A DNA stretch of 64,000 nucleotides from contig CM075997.1 of NCBI GenBank assembly GCA_038087875.1, forward strand, positions 2,854,001-2,918,000, read 5' to 3'. The notes under the pieces were generated by a model. That model saw only the letters and a program-made list of their open reading frames with translations. It did not search any database and was not told the DNA's origin. The translations under genes were made by a program, and so were the position numbers. This DNA is from Malacoraja senta (Eukaryota). This document shows positions 1 through 11,205 of the stretch, in pieces; the first letter of the stretch is position 1, and each line of letters starts with the position of its first letter.

Positions 1-238
1 CCTCGATCAGCCCGCCCGGCCCCCTCCCACCCTGGTGGCCAAGTCCGCCGCCGTGCCACCAGTGGGGGAGCCGATGGAGGTCGGCAGCTCTGCCCCCGAT
101 ACCGAGGGCGTTCGCGAGTCGCCGCACCCTACCATCATCATCAACGTGAAGGAGGAGGATGAGAGGCCCATGGCTCTGGATGAACAGTCCCAGGCAGTGG
201 TCATGGACACTGGGCCCGAGGGACAGATCGTACTCGAG
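1..238 (+). CDS. Penultimate coding exon (5'-truncated by the window) of a gene with an acidic, Pro-rich C-terminus; probably symplekin
   Basis: Open frame ...PMEVGSSAPDTEG...GQIVLE ends at GAG|GTAAGG (phase 0) and joins in frame to the exon at 2283. SYMPK is inferred only from the neighbouring RSPH6A/DMWD/FOXA3-like genes; no diagnostic motif was seen. Confidence 0.6.
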
Positions 239-268
239 GTAAGGGAACTCCATCACATGCCTACACAT

Positions 269-836
269 ACAATAGACAATAGGTGCAGGAGTAGGCCATT
301 CGGCCCTTTGAGCCAGCACCGCCATTCAATGTGATCATGGCTGATCATCCCCAATCAGTACCCCGTTCCTGCCTTCTCCCCATATCCCCTGACTCCGCTA
401 TCTTTAAGAGCCCTATCTAGCTCTCTCTTGAAAGCATCCAGAGAACCTGCCTCCACCGCCCTCTGAGGCAGAGAATTCCACAGACTCACCACTCTCTGTG
501 AGAAAAAGTGTTTCCTCGTCTTCGTTCTAAATGGCTTACTCCTTATTCTTAAACTGTGGCCCCTGGTTCTGGACTCCCCAACATCGGGAACATGTTTCCT
601 GCCTCTAGCGTGTCCAAGCCCTTAACAATCTTACATATTTCTGTGAGATACCCTCTCATCCTTCTAAACTCCAGAGTGTACAAGCCCAGCCGCTCCATTC
701 TCTCAGCATATGACCGTCCCGCCATCCCAGGAATTAACCTTGTAAACCTACTCTGCACTCCCTCAATAGCAAGAATGTCCTTCCTCAAATTTGGGGACCA
801 AAACTGCACAAAATACTCCAGGTGTGGTCTCACAAT
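269..836 (-). mobile_element. CR1-family LINE 3' fragment
   Basis: VRPHLEYFVQFWSP...RLGLYTLEFRRMRG CR1 ORF2 C-terminus on the minus strand; (ACAATAG)n microsatellite tail near 269. Confidence 0.85.
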
Positions 837-1886
837 GTGAAACGGACCTTGTGTTCTGCATGAAGAGTCCATGGCAATGGACGCATTAGTCTGAAGAAGG
901 GTCTCAACTGGAGTTTGATCAGTTTTGGCAGCGCCAGGATTACTTCTTTCTGCGGAAGAGTTGGTGCAAGGATAGGCTTTATTCCAAAAAGTAAAACAAA
1001 CACAAGGTGACACTAAAGCTTTACACAAAATGCTGGAGTAACTCAGCCGGTGAGGCAGCATCTCTGGAGAGAAGGAATGGGCGACGTTTCCGGTCGAGGC
1101 CCTTTGGGTCTCAACCCAGAAACGTCGCCCATTCCTTCTCCCCAGAGATGCTGCCTCACCCGCTGAGTTACTCCAGCATTTCATGTCTACCTTCGATTTA
1201 AACAAGCATCTACAGTTCATTCTTACACACCATGCCAATCGCCATCCATCCATTCCAGATGAAGGGTCCCAACCTGAAATGTCGACTGTCTTTTTTTGAT
1301 TCCGTTTTAGCTTAGAGATGCAACGCGGAAACAGGCCCTCCGGTCTACCAAGTCCGCACCGACCAGCGTTCCCCACATATTAACACTATCCCACTCACAC
1401 GCACACACACTCACACTCGCGTGCACACACACACTCACACGCGCACTCACACGCGCGCACGCACACATACACACAGATACAGACTCACACACATACAGAT
1501 ACAGACACTCACACACACGTCAGGAGTGCTGAACGATACTTTATTGTCACATGTACAATGTATATTCTTAGTTCTTGCACACAATAGACAAAGTACTGAG
1601 TCGCCACGTTTCTGGCCCCAACAAATTTACAAAGGTCCTCATGAGAGTCATGTCGATCCTCTCTGTTCTCAGCGGTGCGGCCCGACCGCCTCCCCATGAC
1701 CCCACCATCTTTCCGCAGCGCTTCCTCAGCCCGATCTTTCACTTTCACAGATGCTTCCTGACCTACTCAGTTCTTTTGCTCCAGATTCCATCATCTGCAG
1801 TGTCGTGTGCCACCATCAATTTACACTCATCATATTTACTTTCTCCATAATTCCCCGTTGACTCCCCGGCAGATTCACGTGCACAT

Positions 1887-2256
1887 GCACGGTGGCTCAG
1901 CGGTAGAGTTGCTGCCTCCCTGTCCCAGAGACCCGGGTTCGATCCTGAGCACGGGAGCTGTCTGTGTGGAGTTTGTACATTCTCCCCGTGACCGCGTGGG
2001 CTTTCTCCAGGTGCTCCGGTTTCCTCCCATATTCCAAAGCCATGCAGGTTTGTAGGTGAATTGGCTTCTGTAAATTGCCCCTAGTGTGTAGGATGCGAAA
2101 CAGGGAAAATGTACAACTAGTGTACGGATGATTGCAGATGGGCACAAAGTGCTGGAGTAACTCAGCGGGTCAGGCAGCATCTCGGGGGGGGGGGGGTGTG
2201 TGACGTTGGTCAGTGGGCCGACGGGCTTGTTTCCACACTGTATCTCTAAACTAAAC
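1887..2256 (+). mobile_element. HE1-like tRNA-derived V-SINE (interrupted)
   Basis: A/B-box-like head GGTGGCTCAGCGG...GGTTCGATCC, V-domain GGTGCTCCGGTTTCCTCCCA, CR1-like tail ending CTAAACTAAAC. Confidence 0.75.
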
Positions 2257-2282
2257 TTGCCTTCCCTCTTGTGTTGGGCCAG

Positions 2283-2558
2283 GATACAATGGCGGGGGAA
2301 CAAGCTGGTCAACAGCCTCTGCTCCACGAAGTGGGTCACCTGGTGGCGGCAGACATGACGGAGAGGGTCATCCTCATCCGGGACGAGCCGCCAGTGGTGG
2401 GCGAGCCGGCGTCCTGCGGAGAGCGAACAGCCAAGCCCCCCAGTGAGGAGCCGGGCGCGGTGCCCGAGGAGACGAGTGGCGAGGAGAGCCAGGACGCGGG
2501 AGACGGAGAGCAGCAGCTCGTCACCAAACGCAAGTCTGCTCTGAGGAAAAGCCCCTAA
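2283..2558 (+). CDS. Terminal coding exon (DTMAGEQ...KRKSALRKSP*) of the same gene, probably symplekin
   Basis: Pyrimidine tract with AG at 2281-2282, in frame with exon 1-238, GC3-rich codons, TAA at 2556-2558, basic NLS-like KRK tail. A unique 3'UTR follows. Confidence 0.65.
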   Translation, partial: DTMAGEQAGQQPLLHEVGHLVAADMTERVILIRDEPPVVGEPASCGERTAKPPSEEPGAVPEETSGEESQDAGDGEQQLVTKRKSALRKSP

Positions 2559-3441
2559 CACAGACATGTCCTTTACCTTGCCACCACTCGCGGCAGCAAA
2601 GCACTGTCTGAAGCAGACAAAGAAAAGTCTTGTACTATAAAGGACAGTGGAAGCTCTGCCTCCTGCTCCTGGAATAGTGCCAGGGAGTCTGGTTTAATTA
2701 TATTTTTTAAGTTAGTAGTTAATTCCACATGGGCTATATTTAAATAACCGGCCGCTGTTTATTTAGCCGATGATAGTGGTTGAGGGGAGAGTGTCGTTCA
2801 GAGTACTTTGCTCCACTTTGACGAGTTAGCACAAGCTACGCTAGTTGGCTGTTCCGATTGTGGACTCATGCCTTGTATACCCGGATTTGGGTTCGAAGCC
2901 TCCTCCTTTCACTCGGTTCTGCCCAGCTGGTCAACCAAAACTCTTGGCGTCGTCCAAGATCGCCGAGCATTGGAAACGTCCAGCCGATTGTATGCCATTT
3001 TCGGGCACTTCACTGCCCACCCGATTGAGATTAACAGCCCCGCTCTGCCTGCTCAGGATATATTTATGCAACTTGGGGGGGAAAAAACGGCCCAGAACGG
3101 ATCCAAAGGCAACCTGGAACTGGGATTGAATCTCGGATAAACATGCACATCGGCTGTTTCAGAATTCCAATGGGTTTAACACATCTACTGTGCGTGGAGA
3201 CACGAGATCCGAACATAATTCTCAACAGTCGTAAACTCTTGAGTGGAAACCAACTCTGAACAGTGGCGATTGGCGATACCTGTTTGTTTCCTTTAGAAAT
3301 TCTATAAAAAAAGTTTTTTGTGTTTATTTTAAAGTTTTGCGGACGTCTGGCTGTTTTTCTTTGTGAAAAGAGACTGTGTGGTACGTGGAGTGGGCGGACT
3401 GCTCTGGAGTTTTACCTCGGAAGCTGTAAAAAAGTGACATG

Positions 3442-3447
3442 AATAAA
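3442..3447 (+). terminator. Polyadenylation signal of the upstream gene
   Basis: AATAAA at the end of about 900 bp of repeat-free 3'UTR, followed by GT/T-rich sequence. Confidence 0.55.
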
Positions 3448-3830
3448 AGTTTGGAGAGTTGGCAATGTGTTTGTAAGAATTCAATGTCTGTATTTAGAGA
3501 CACAAAGCTGGAGCAACTCGGCAGGACAGGCAGCATCTCTGGAGAGAAGGAATGGGTGACGTTTTGGGTTGAGACCCGTCAGACTGAAAGTCACGGGGAA
3601 GGGAAACGGGGGATACAAACAAAGGTGTCGAGTGATATAGAGCAATGAATGAAAGATATGCAAAAAAGCAATGATAGTAAAAGAAACAGGACTTTGTTAG
3701 CTGTTTGTTGGGTGTAAACGGGCCTCTGGGTCTAGGTCAGGATTGTGATGTTAGATTCACACTGCAAACAGATATTACATCCTTGCTCACATGTTATCAT
3801 CTGTTTCACTTCTTTCTCCACACCCATCCT

Positions 3831-4820
3831 TAAGTCAAGTCACATTTATTTATATAGCACATTTAAAAAACAACTCTCGTTGGCCAAAGTGCTTTACATT
3901 TGTTATAAGAATAATATAAACAAACAAGCTACATACGTATATACATATAGCCCTCGCTCAGAGGACGTCAAGAAAGGCTTGGGAGTATAGGTACGTTTTT
4001 AGTCTTGACTTAAAGGAGTCGATGGAGGGGGCAGTTCTGATGGGAAGGGGGATGCTGTTCCACAGTCTAGGAGCTCCAACCGCAAAGGCACGGTCGCCCC
4101 TGAGCTTATGCCTAGACCGCGGGATATTCAGCAACCCCAAGTCGGCCGATCTGAGGGACCTGGAGGTGGAGTGGTGGGAGAGAAGACTTTTAATGTAGGT
4201 GGGGGCAAGCCCATTGAGGGCTTTGTAGACATAGAGGAGGATCTTGAAATGTATAAGGAACCGCACAGGGAGCCAGTGGAGAGAGGCCAGGATCGGGGTG
4301 ATGTGGTCCCTTTTTCGGGTGCCCGTCAGGAGTCTAGCTGCGGCGTTTTGGACCAGTTGCAGGCGGGACAGGGACGATTGGCTGATGCCAGTGTAAAGGG
4401 AGTTGCAGTAATCTAGGCGGGAGGAGATAAATGTGTGGATGATCTTTTCGAGGTCATCAAAGTGTAGGAATTGTTTTATTTTAGCTATCGTCCGAAGCTG
4501 AAAGAAGCTAGCTTTTACCACGGCATTGACTTGTTTGTCAAATTTCAGTTTGTCAAATTTCAGTGCCGAGTCAAATATCACGCCAAGGTTTTTGACATGA
4601 GGTTTGAGTAATGGGGTAAGGCTTCCAAGGCTGCCTGCTATCATTTTCATTGAGTCTGAGGGGCCGAGATGGATGACCTCAGACTTACTCTCGTTTAGTT
4701 GGAGGAAGTTCTGGGCCATCCAGCACTTTATATCCTCGAGGCAGCGTGTAAGATTAAGCAGATTTGATTGGTTTTTGGGCTTCAGGGGGAGATAGAGTTG
4801 TGTATCGTCTGCGTAGCCCA
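3831..4820 (-). mobile_element. L2-clade LINE 3' fragment (RT C-terminus)
   Basis: 287-aa ORF with YADDTQLY, NLGVIFDS, SRLDYCNSL and LHWLPV motifs; short (AAGTC)n tail near 3831. Confidence 0.9.
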
Positions 4821-5494
4821 CTTGCTACACTAGGTGTATCCTTAGGCCCACTTGCAGAGAGCAGTGCTGAACTACTATCTACCTCATCAGACTATCCTTG
4901 ATCGGACTTTGCTGGCTTGCATTAAACATTATGACTCCATTCGCTGTAAATGGCTCGATTGTAATCATGTATTGACTTTCTGCTGACTGGTTAGCGCACA
5001 ACAAAAGCTTTTCACTGTACTTCGGTACACGTGACAATAAACTAAACTGAACTCCCTCCTTGCCTACTTCACGATCCCTTTACTCTCTTACCCCTGCTCA
5101 CCGCCCAATCCGCCACCTCCCATCTACTCCATTCAAGCCCCATTATGGCACAGCAAAGCACACAATGGTTGGCAGGTGAATTGAGGATCAGAGGACATTG
5201 GTTTAAGGTGAAGGGGAAAAGATTTAAAAGGAATCTGAGGGGTAACATTTTAAACACAAAGGGTGTATGGAATAAGCTGTCAGAGGAGGTAGTGGAGGCA
5301 GGGACTCTCAAAGTTGAAGAAACATTTGGACAGGTACATGGATAGGACAGGTTTGGAGGGATATGGGCCAAATGCAGGCAGGTGGAACTAGTGTAGATGG
5401 GACAGGTGTGGGCGAGTTGGGCCGAAGAGCCTGTTGCTTTGACAATGACTGTGCCCCTCTCTCCACCCCCGCAGTAACTGCTCCTCCACTTCCG

Positions 5495-5760
5495 CATTAC
5501 GTGTACGGTACGCCGCCGTGACGCAGAACGTACGTTGGGGAACGCTCACCTTGACGCAGGGAGACCCGGTGACGAATGACTCACGTTGCGGCGCGCCCCT
5601 CTGCCGTCAGCCGCCTACGTCATGACGCGTTCCCCACGACGGCGATGACGCAAGACGCACGTTTCGGGCCGCTCGCCGGCATTGTTTGGCGTTGCCTAGC
5701 AACGCGCCATATGATAGCAGCCGTTGTCCGGGAAACAGAGGCCTAGGCCGCCTGGGCCTT
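5495..5760 (+). promoter_or_regulatory. CpG-island promoter of the RSPH4A/6A-like gene with RFX X-box
   Basis: CpG-dense island; GTTGCCTAGCAAC at 5691-5703; second X-box-like GTTGTCCGGGAAAC at 5723-5736; several TGACG half-CRE sites. Confidence 0.75.
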
Positions 5761-6184
5761 GGAGTGGAAGAGGAAGAGTGTGATATTATTAATAACACAA
5801 GGAGATGGACAGTGAACTTAAAGGATTAAAAGTTACTAAAAGAGAGTATGTTTGTGATAGAGGGTAACAGGTGATCAGACTTAAGTTTGAGGCGATCGAA
5901 ACTGAACTGGAGTATTATTGGGGGAGGGTGATAGTGGAGGAGAAAGTGAAATAGGGAGAAATAATCCATATTGCTGTGTGATAGAGAGATAGAGTAAGAA
6001 AGAAATAAACAAGGAGGGGGGTACTATCGAGTGGGGAAAGTGAAGCAGAATTGTAGAGCCACAGAATGATAGGGGAGAAGTTAAACTGAACTAAAGAAAG
6101 GAAAATAGATTATAGAGAGGGCAGAAACTGCCAGAGGACAAAGGGGGAACAGAAAGTACAACGAGCTAGAGAGAAGGAATCAAA

Positions 6185-6384
6185 ATGATGGAGCTGGAGG
6201 ATAACGCGTACAGTCCAAACCCGAATGAGTCGCAGAAGCAGAGTGAACTTCCTAGTGCCACAGAGAGTGATGAGAAAATAGTACAAATGGAGCCCGAGCT
6301 GAACCTGGATTTTGCAAGTGAAACTATGATCCGAAATGCAAAGGCTTATTTGCTGCAGAAAAGCACCATATCTAACCTCAACCT
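6185..6384 (+). CDS. RSPH6A: Radial spoke head protein 4/6 family (RSPH4A/RSPH6A-like), first coding exon
   Basis: MMELEDNAYSPNP...IRNAKAYLLQKSTISNLNL matches the RSPH4A/6A NAKAYLL..S...NL(YDHL) motif; donor CT|GTGAGT at 6385. The paralogue was chosen by synteny. Confidence 0.75.
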
Positions 6385-8339
6385 GTGAGTATTTAAATGT
6401 AAAGTTTGTTAAAAAAAAAATCAAAAAATCTTGGATTAATGAATGTTATTTTTCTTCTTATTTTTATTATATTCCATTTGCTTGACTGCCCCCATTATCT
6501 CTCTTCCTTTAAACTCACTGCTCCTCACATCAATGCTCCATGCTTCACTTATAAGTAAGTTCATAAATCGTAGGAGCAGAACGGCAGAACTTAGGCAATT
6601 CGGCCCATCGAGTTTACTCCGCCATTCAATCATGGCTGCATTTGGCCCATATCCCTGCAAACCTTTCTTATCCACGTACCTATCTAATTGTCTATTAAAT
6701 GTTGTTATTGTACCTGCCTTAACTACCTCTTCCAGCAGCTCGTTCCCTGTACCCACCACACTCTGAGTGAAAAGGTTGTCCCTTACACTCCTATTAAATC
6801 TTACACTTCTCACCTTATACCCACATCCTCTCTTTAGTTCCTTTCTTTGGTTCAGTTTAACTTTTCCGCTGCCATTCTGTTGCTCTGCAGTCTGCTTCAC
6901 TTTTCCCACTCTAATGTATCCCCCTCCTTGTTTTATTATTTCTTATTCTATCTCTCAATTACGCAGCATCATAAATTATTTCTCCTCTCCCTACTTCTCT
7001 CTCTCTCTCACTCATCAGCCTTCAAAATTCCCCCGCTAATACTCCAGTTCAGTTTATATCAAAGTCTCATCATCTGTTACCCTCTATCATCAATATATTC
7101 TCTCTGATTAACTTTTAATCCTTTAGGTTCACTGTCCCCTCTCCTTGTGCTACTAATAACACACATTCTTCCTCTTCTCCCCATAACCTATGAGACCCTT
7201 ACGAGTCAGGAATCTGTCCATCTCCGCTTTAAAACTACCCAATGACTTGGCCTCCAAGGCCGTCTATGGCAATGAATTTCCCTCAACCATTTTATAGAAA
7301 ATCACACTTTTTCCGCCATTAATAAATTCCTATACTGTCACCCTGCCTTGATGCTTTGATGGAGCTGAAGTGGAATGGGAGAATCACATAGTCACGCAGC
7401 ATGGTATGTATTCAGTGAACCAACTCCCTTCCAACCATTAAACCTGCATTTACATAAATCCCATTTTCTTCTTCCCACATTCCCATCAACTCTCCCGCGA
7501 TTCTACGGCTTCAACGATCCTACACATCAGGAGTCATTTCCAGAGGAGTAATTAACCCACCAACCCAAATGCACTTTGGGATATGGGAGGATAGCAAGCA
7601 ATCACAGAGAAAATGTGCAAACTCCACATAGACAGCACCAGAGGTCAGGATTGAACCTGGGTCGCTAAAGCTGTGAAGCAGCAGCATCATCTGTGGATCC
7701 GTTTTGCTATAGATTCTTGTACGTTAAGTGGATAACTTGCAAGGGACAATATATGGAATGAGTTGCTAGAGGAAATGGTTGAGGTACGTACAGTAACAAC
7801 ATTTAAGGGATATTCGGAAAGGTTTAGAGGCGCCTGGGACAAAAGTGGGCAATTGGGACTCATGTCAAAGGGCATCTTGGTCGTCATAGGTGAGTTGGGC
7901 CGAAGGGCCTGTGTCCGTGCTGGATGACACTATGACTAACTCACAGAATGTGCAGCAATTTCTAGCTATGCCAACATTGGATAGAAGAACTATAAACTGG
8001 AACAGATTAAGGGACAGCTTCTTCCCAGCTGTTATCAGGCAACTGAACCATCCTATCACAGCCAGAGAGCAGTGCTGAACTACCATCCACCTCTTTGGTG
8101 ACCCTTGGACTATCCTTGATCAGACTTTGCAGGCTTTACCTTGCACTAAACGTTATACCCTTATCCTGTGCCTATACACTGTAAATGGCTCAATTGTGAT
8201 CATGCATTGCCTTTCCGCTGACTGGTTAGCACGCAACAAAATCTTTTCACTGTACCCCGGTACACGTGACAATAAACTGAACTGAACTGGAAAGAGGGCT
8301 GGGAAGATTTACGAGGATGTTGGCAGGACTCGAGGTTGT

Positions 8340-8459
8340 TCTTCTTCTTGCGTATGGCGTGCACAGCCTAAAGTTGTAGGACAACTTGTTCTATTTGATC
8401 TTATTTGATTGTGCATTCGTCGAAACAGGGCCCACGTGAAGGTTGCAATCTCCCACCCC
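8340..8459 (-). mobile_element. HDV-ribozyme-headed short retroposon, degenerate copy
   Basis: Homologous to 44640-44775, with a 3-nt deletion at the P3/P1 3' strands and an internal deletion of about 15 nt; (GAA)n tail. Confidence 0.75.
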
Positions 8460-8547
8460 ACTTGTGGGTTGCGTTATAGGGAGAGATTGGCAGGCTGGGA
8501 CTTTATTCCTTGGAGCGCAGGAGGCTAAGGGGTGGTTTTATCGAGGT

Positions 8548-8778
8548 TGTGATAACGCCCCCTCTGATCCCTATCACTGGCAGACAGGCCAGGAGAAGCC
8601 AATCCTCAGCATCATTGGTACCAGCAGCTGGGTCCAATGCACCCTGACAATGGGAGACAGCGCCCTCATGTGGTCCTGGACTTACTTGTCTCTGTGAATA
8701 AAACATATCACATGAATTCACCCTGCTGTTAGTGTCGGTGTGGTCACTGCCAAATCCAGTGTAATCCCCAACGCAACA
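8548..8778 (+). mobile_element. Solo LTR (Gypsy/ERV-type) inserted in a CR1 fragment
   Basis: TG...CA termini, 4-bp TSD AGGT (8544-8547 and 8779-8782), internal AATAAA; the host CR1 sequence resumes after it. Confidence 0.75.
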
Positions 8779-9654
8779 AGGTGTATAAAATCATGAGAGG
8801 AATTGATAGGGTTATTGCACCATTTTTTTTTACCCAGGAAAGGGAATCAAGAACCAGAGGACAGACACAAAATGCTGGAGCAACTCAGCGGGACTCGACC
8901 CGATACGTCACCCATTCCTTCTCTCCAGAGATGCTGCCTGTCCCACTGATTTACTCCAGCGTTTTGTGTCTATCTTCGGTGTGAACCAGCATCTGCAGTT
9001 CCTTCCCTCACAAGAACATGAGGACGTGGGTATAAGCGGAGAGGTGTAAGATTTAATAGGAGCCTGAGGAACGACCTTTACACTGGTACATGGAACGAGC
9101 TGCTATAGTTAAGGCAGGTACAATAAGAACATTTAATAGACAATTGGAAAGGTTTAGAGGAATATGGGCCAAATATGGGCAAATGGCACTAGCCTAGATT
9201 AGGTCAGCAGGAATGAGTGGGGCTGAAGAGACTGTTTTCCTGCTGTTTGACGCTATGACTCTAAATACTTTTCACATGGGCATTTGTAGCTGGAGAGTTG
9301 AGTAACAAACCACTCTCCTTCCTTGCAGTTGATATCGGTGTTTTCAGTCCAAAACTAACACTGCTGAACACAAAGCTCCTTGATCAGGCTGTAAACTACT
9401 CATAAAGCATCTTTTGTAGCCCAGTGTTTGTTTCTTCCTGTGGATGTTTTGCCATGTTAAAGTGGTGATTCAAATGTCCTCCCTTCTTGCACCTGCAGGA
9501 CCTGCAGCAGTTTAGCATTGCACGTCCTGAGTGCCAATTGGATCACAATTTGAATGTATCCTTTTGCTGTGAGGTGGCGCAATGCTAGAGATGCTGCCTT
9601 GCAGTGCCAGAGACCTGGATTTGATTCTGACTGGGTGCTGTCTGTATGGAGTTT

Positions 9655-9982
9655 GACGACAGATGGCGCAATGGGCTAAGTGTTCGGCTGGCAACCGGAA
9701 GGTAGCCGGTTCGAATCCCGCTTGGAGTGCATACTGTCGTTGTGTCCTTGGGCAAGACACTTCACCCACCTTTGCCTGCGTGTGAATGTGTGTGAATGTG
9801 TGTGAGTGATTGGTGGTGGTCAGCGCAAATTAGCAGCCACGCTTCCGTCAGTCTGCCCAGGGCAGCTGTGGCTACAGAAGTAGCTCACCACCACCGAGTG
9901 TGACTGAGGAGTGAATGAATAATGCGATGTAAAGCGCCTTGAGTATTAGAAAGGCGCTATATAAATCCCATCCATCATCCAT
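9655..9982 (+). mobile_element. tRNA-derived CORE-type SINE with L2-like tail, nested in an HE1-like SINE
   Basis: A/B boxes (TGGCGCAATGG, GGTTCGAATCC), GTGTCCTTGGGCAAGACACTT core, tail GTAAAGCGCCTTGAG...GAAAGGCGCTATATAAAT followed by (CCAT)n. Confidence 0.7.
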
Positions 9983-10386
9983 CGTTCTCCCTATGGCCGA
10001 GTGAGTTGTCTCTGGGTGCTCTGGTTTCATCCCACATTGTGTGTGGGAGAGAACCAGTGTACAGTGTAAGAAGGAACTGCAGATGCTGGTTTAAACCGAA
10101 GATAAACACAAAAAGCTGGAGTAACTCTGCAGGACAGGCCGCATCTCTGGAGAGAAGGAATGGGTGATGTTTCGGGTCAAGACCCTTCTTCAGACTGGTT
10201 AGGGACAATGAATGAAAGATATGCAAAAAAAATAACAATGATAAAGGAAACAGGCCATTGTAAGCTGATTGTAGGATGAAAATCAGAAGCTAGTGCGACT
10301 TGGGTGGGGGAAGGGATAGAGAGGGGAAGAGAGAGAGAGAGAGGGGAATGCCGGGGCTACCTGAAGTGAGAGAAATCAATATTCAT

Positions 10387-10586
10387 NNNNNNNNNNNNNN
10401 NNNNNNNNNNNNNNNNNNNNNNNNNNNNNNNNNNNNNNNNNNNNNNNNNNNNNNNNNNNNNNNNNNNNNNNNNNNNNNNNNNNNNNNNNNNNNNNNNNNN
10501 NNNNNNNNNNNNNNNNNNNNNNNNNNNNNNNNNNNNNNNNNNNNNNNNNNNNNNNNNNNNNNNNNNNNNNNNNNNNNNNNNNNNNN
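10387..10586. other. Scaffold gap (200 N)
   Basis: Run of N. Confidence 1.
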
Positions 10587-11022
10587 GACTACGGGTGCTG
10601 TCTGTATGGTCTCCCGGTGTCCGCGTAGGTTTTCTCCGGGTGCTCCGGTTTCCACCCGCGTCTCAAAGACAGGCAGGTTTGAAGGTTAATTGGTTCTGTA
10701 AATTGTTCATAGTGTGCATAGAACTAGTGTACGGGTGATCATTAACCGTGTGGACCTGGTGGGCCAAAGGGCCTGTTTCCACGCTGTGTCTCTAAACTAA
10801 ACAGCTGTCACGGGGGAATTTTTAGTCACTAGGTTGGTCACGGGGAAACGTGCAAACTCCGTACAGACAGCACCCAAGGTCAAGATCGAACCCAGGTCTC
10901 TGGAACTGCAAGGCAGCAACTCTATCGCTGCGCCACCCTGCCGCCCTATTGTTCTATGTTCTGCATTCTATCTGGTTATAAATTGCAGCCAAACCTCAAC
11001 AGAAAAAGTACAATTACACTAC

Positions 11023-11205
11023 CTCTTCGTTGAAGAGCTTGCTGGTTTCCTTCTTGATGGGATCCAGGTACTGCACTTGTCCCGCAGAGAAGCCGACTAC
11101 GAGCGAGACACTGTCGGGTGAGGCCGTGAACTGGTTGAAATCGTGACAGGTGGGCTGCGTCCCCTTGTAGATTCGCTTGTCGATGGGTTTGCTTAGGTCG
11201 GCCGC
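11023..11205 (-). CDS. DMWD: DMWD (WDR20 family) coding exon 2
   Basis: AADLSKPIDKRIYKGTQPTCHDFNQFTASPDSVSLVVGFSAGQVQYLDPIKKETSKLFNEE; AG acceptor and GT donor; 183 bp, phase 0. Confidence 0.88.

Noticed and set aside
549..1376. 275-aa ORF as a host gene
   Set aside because: Chance read-through across SINE, Penelope-type and CR1 fragments.
1887..1955. tRNA genes at SINE heads (also 9655, 22361, 47660, 53486)
   Set aside because: A/B boxes continue into SINE bodies and no complete cloverleaf is evident.
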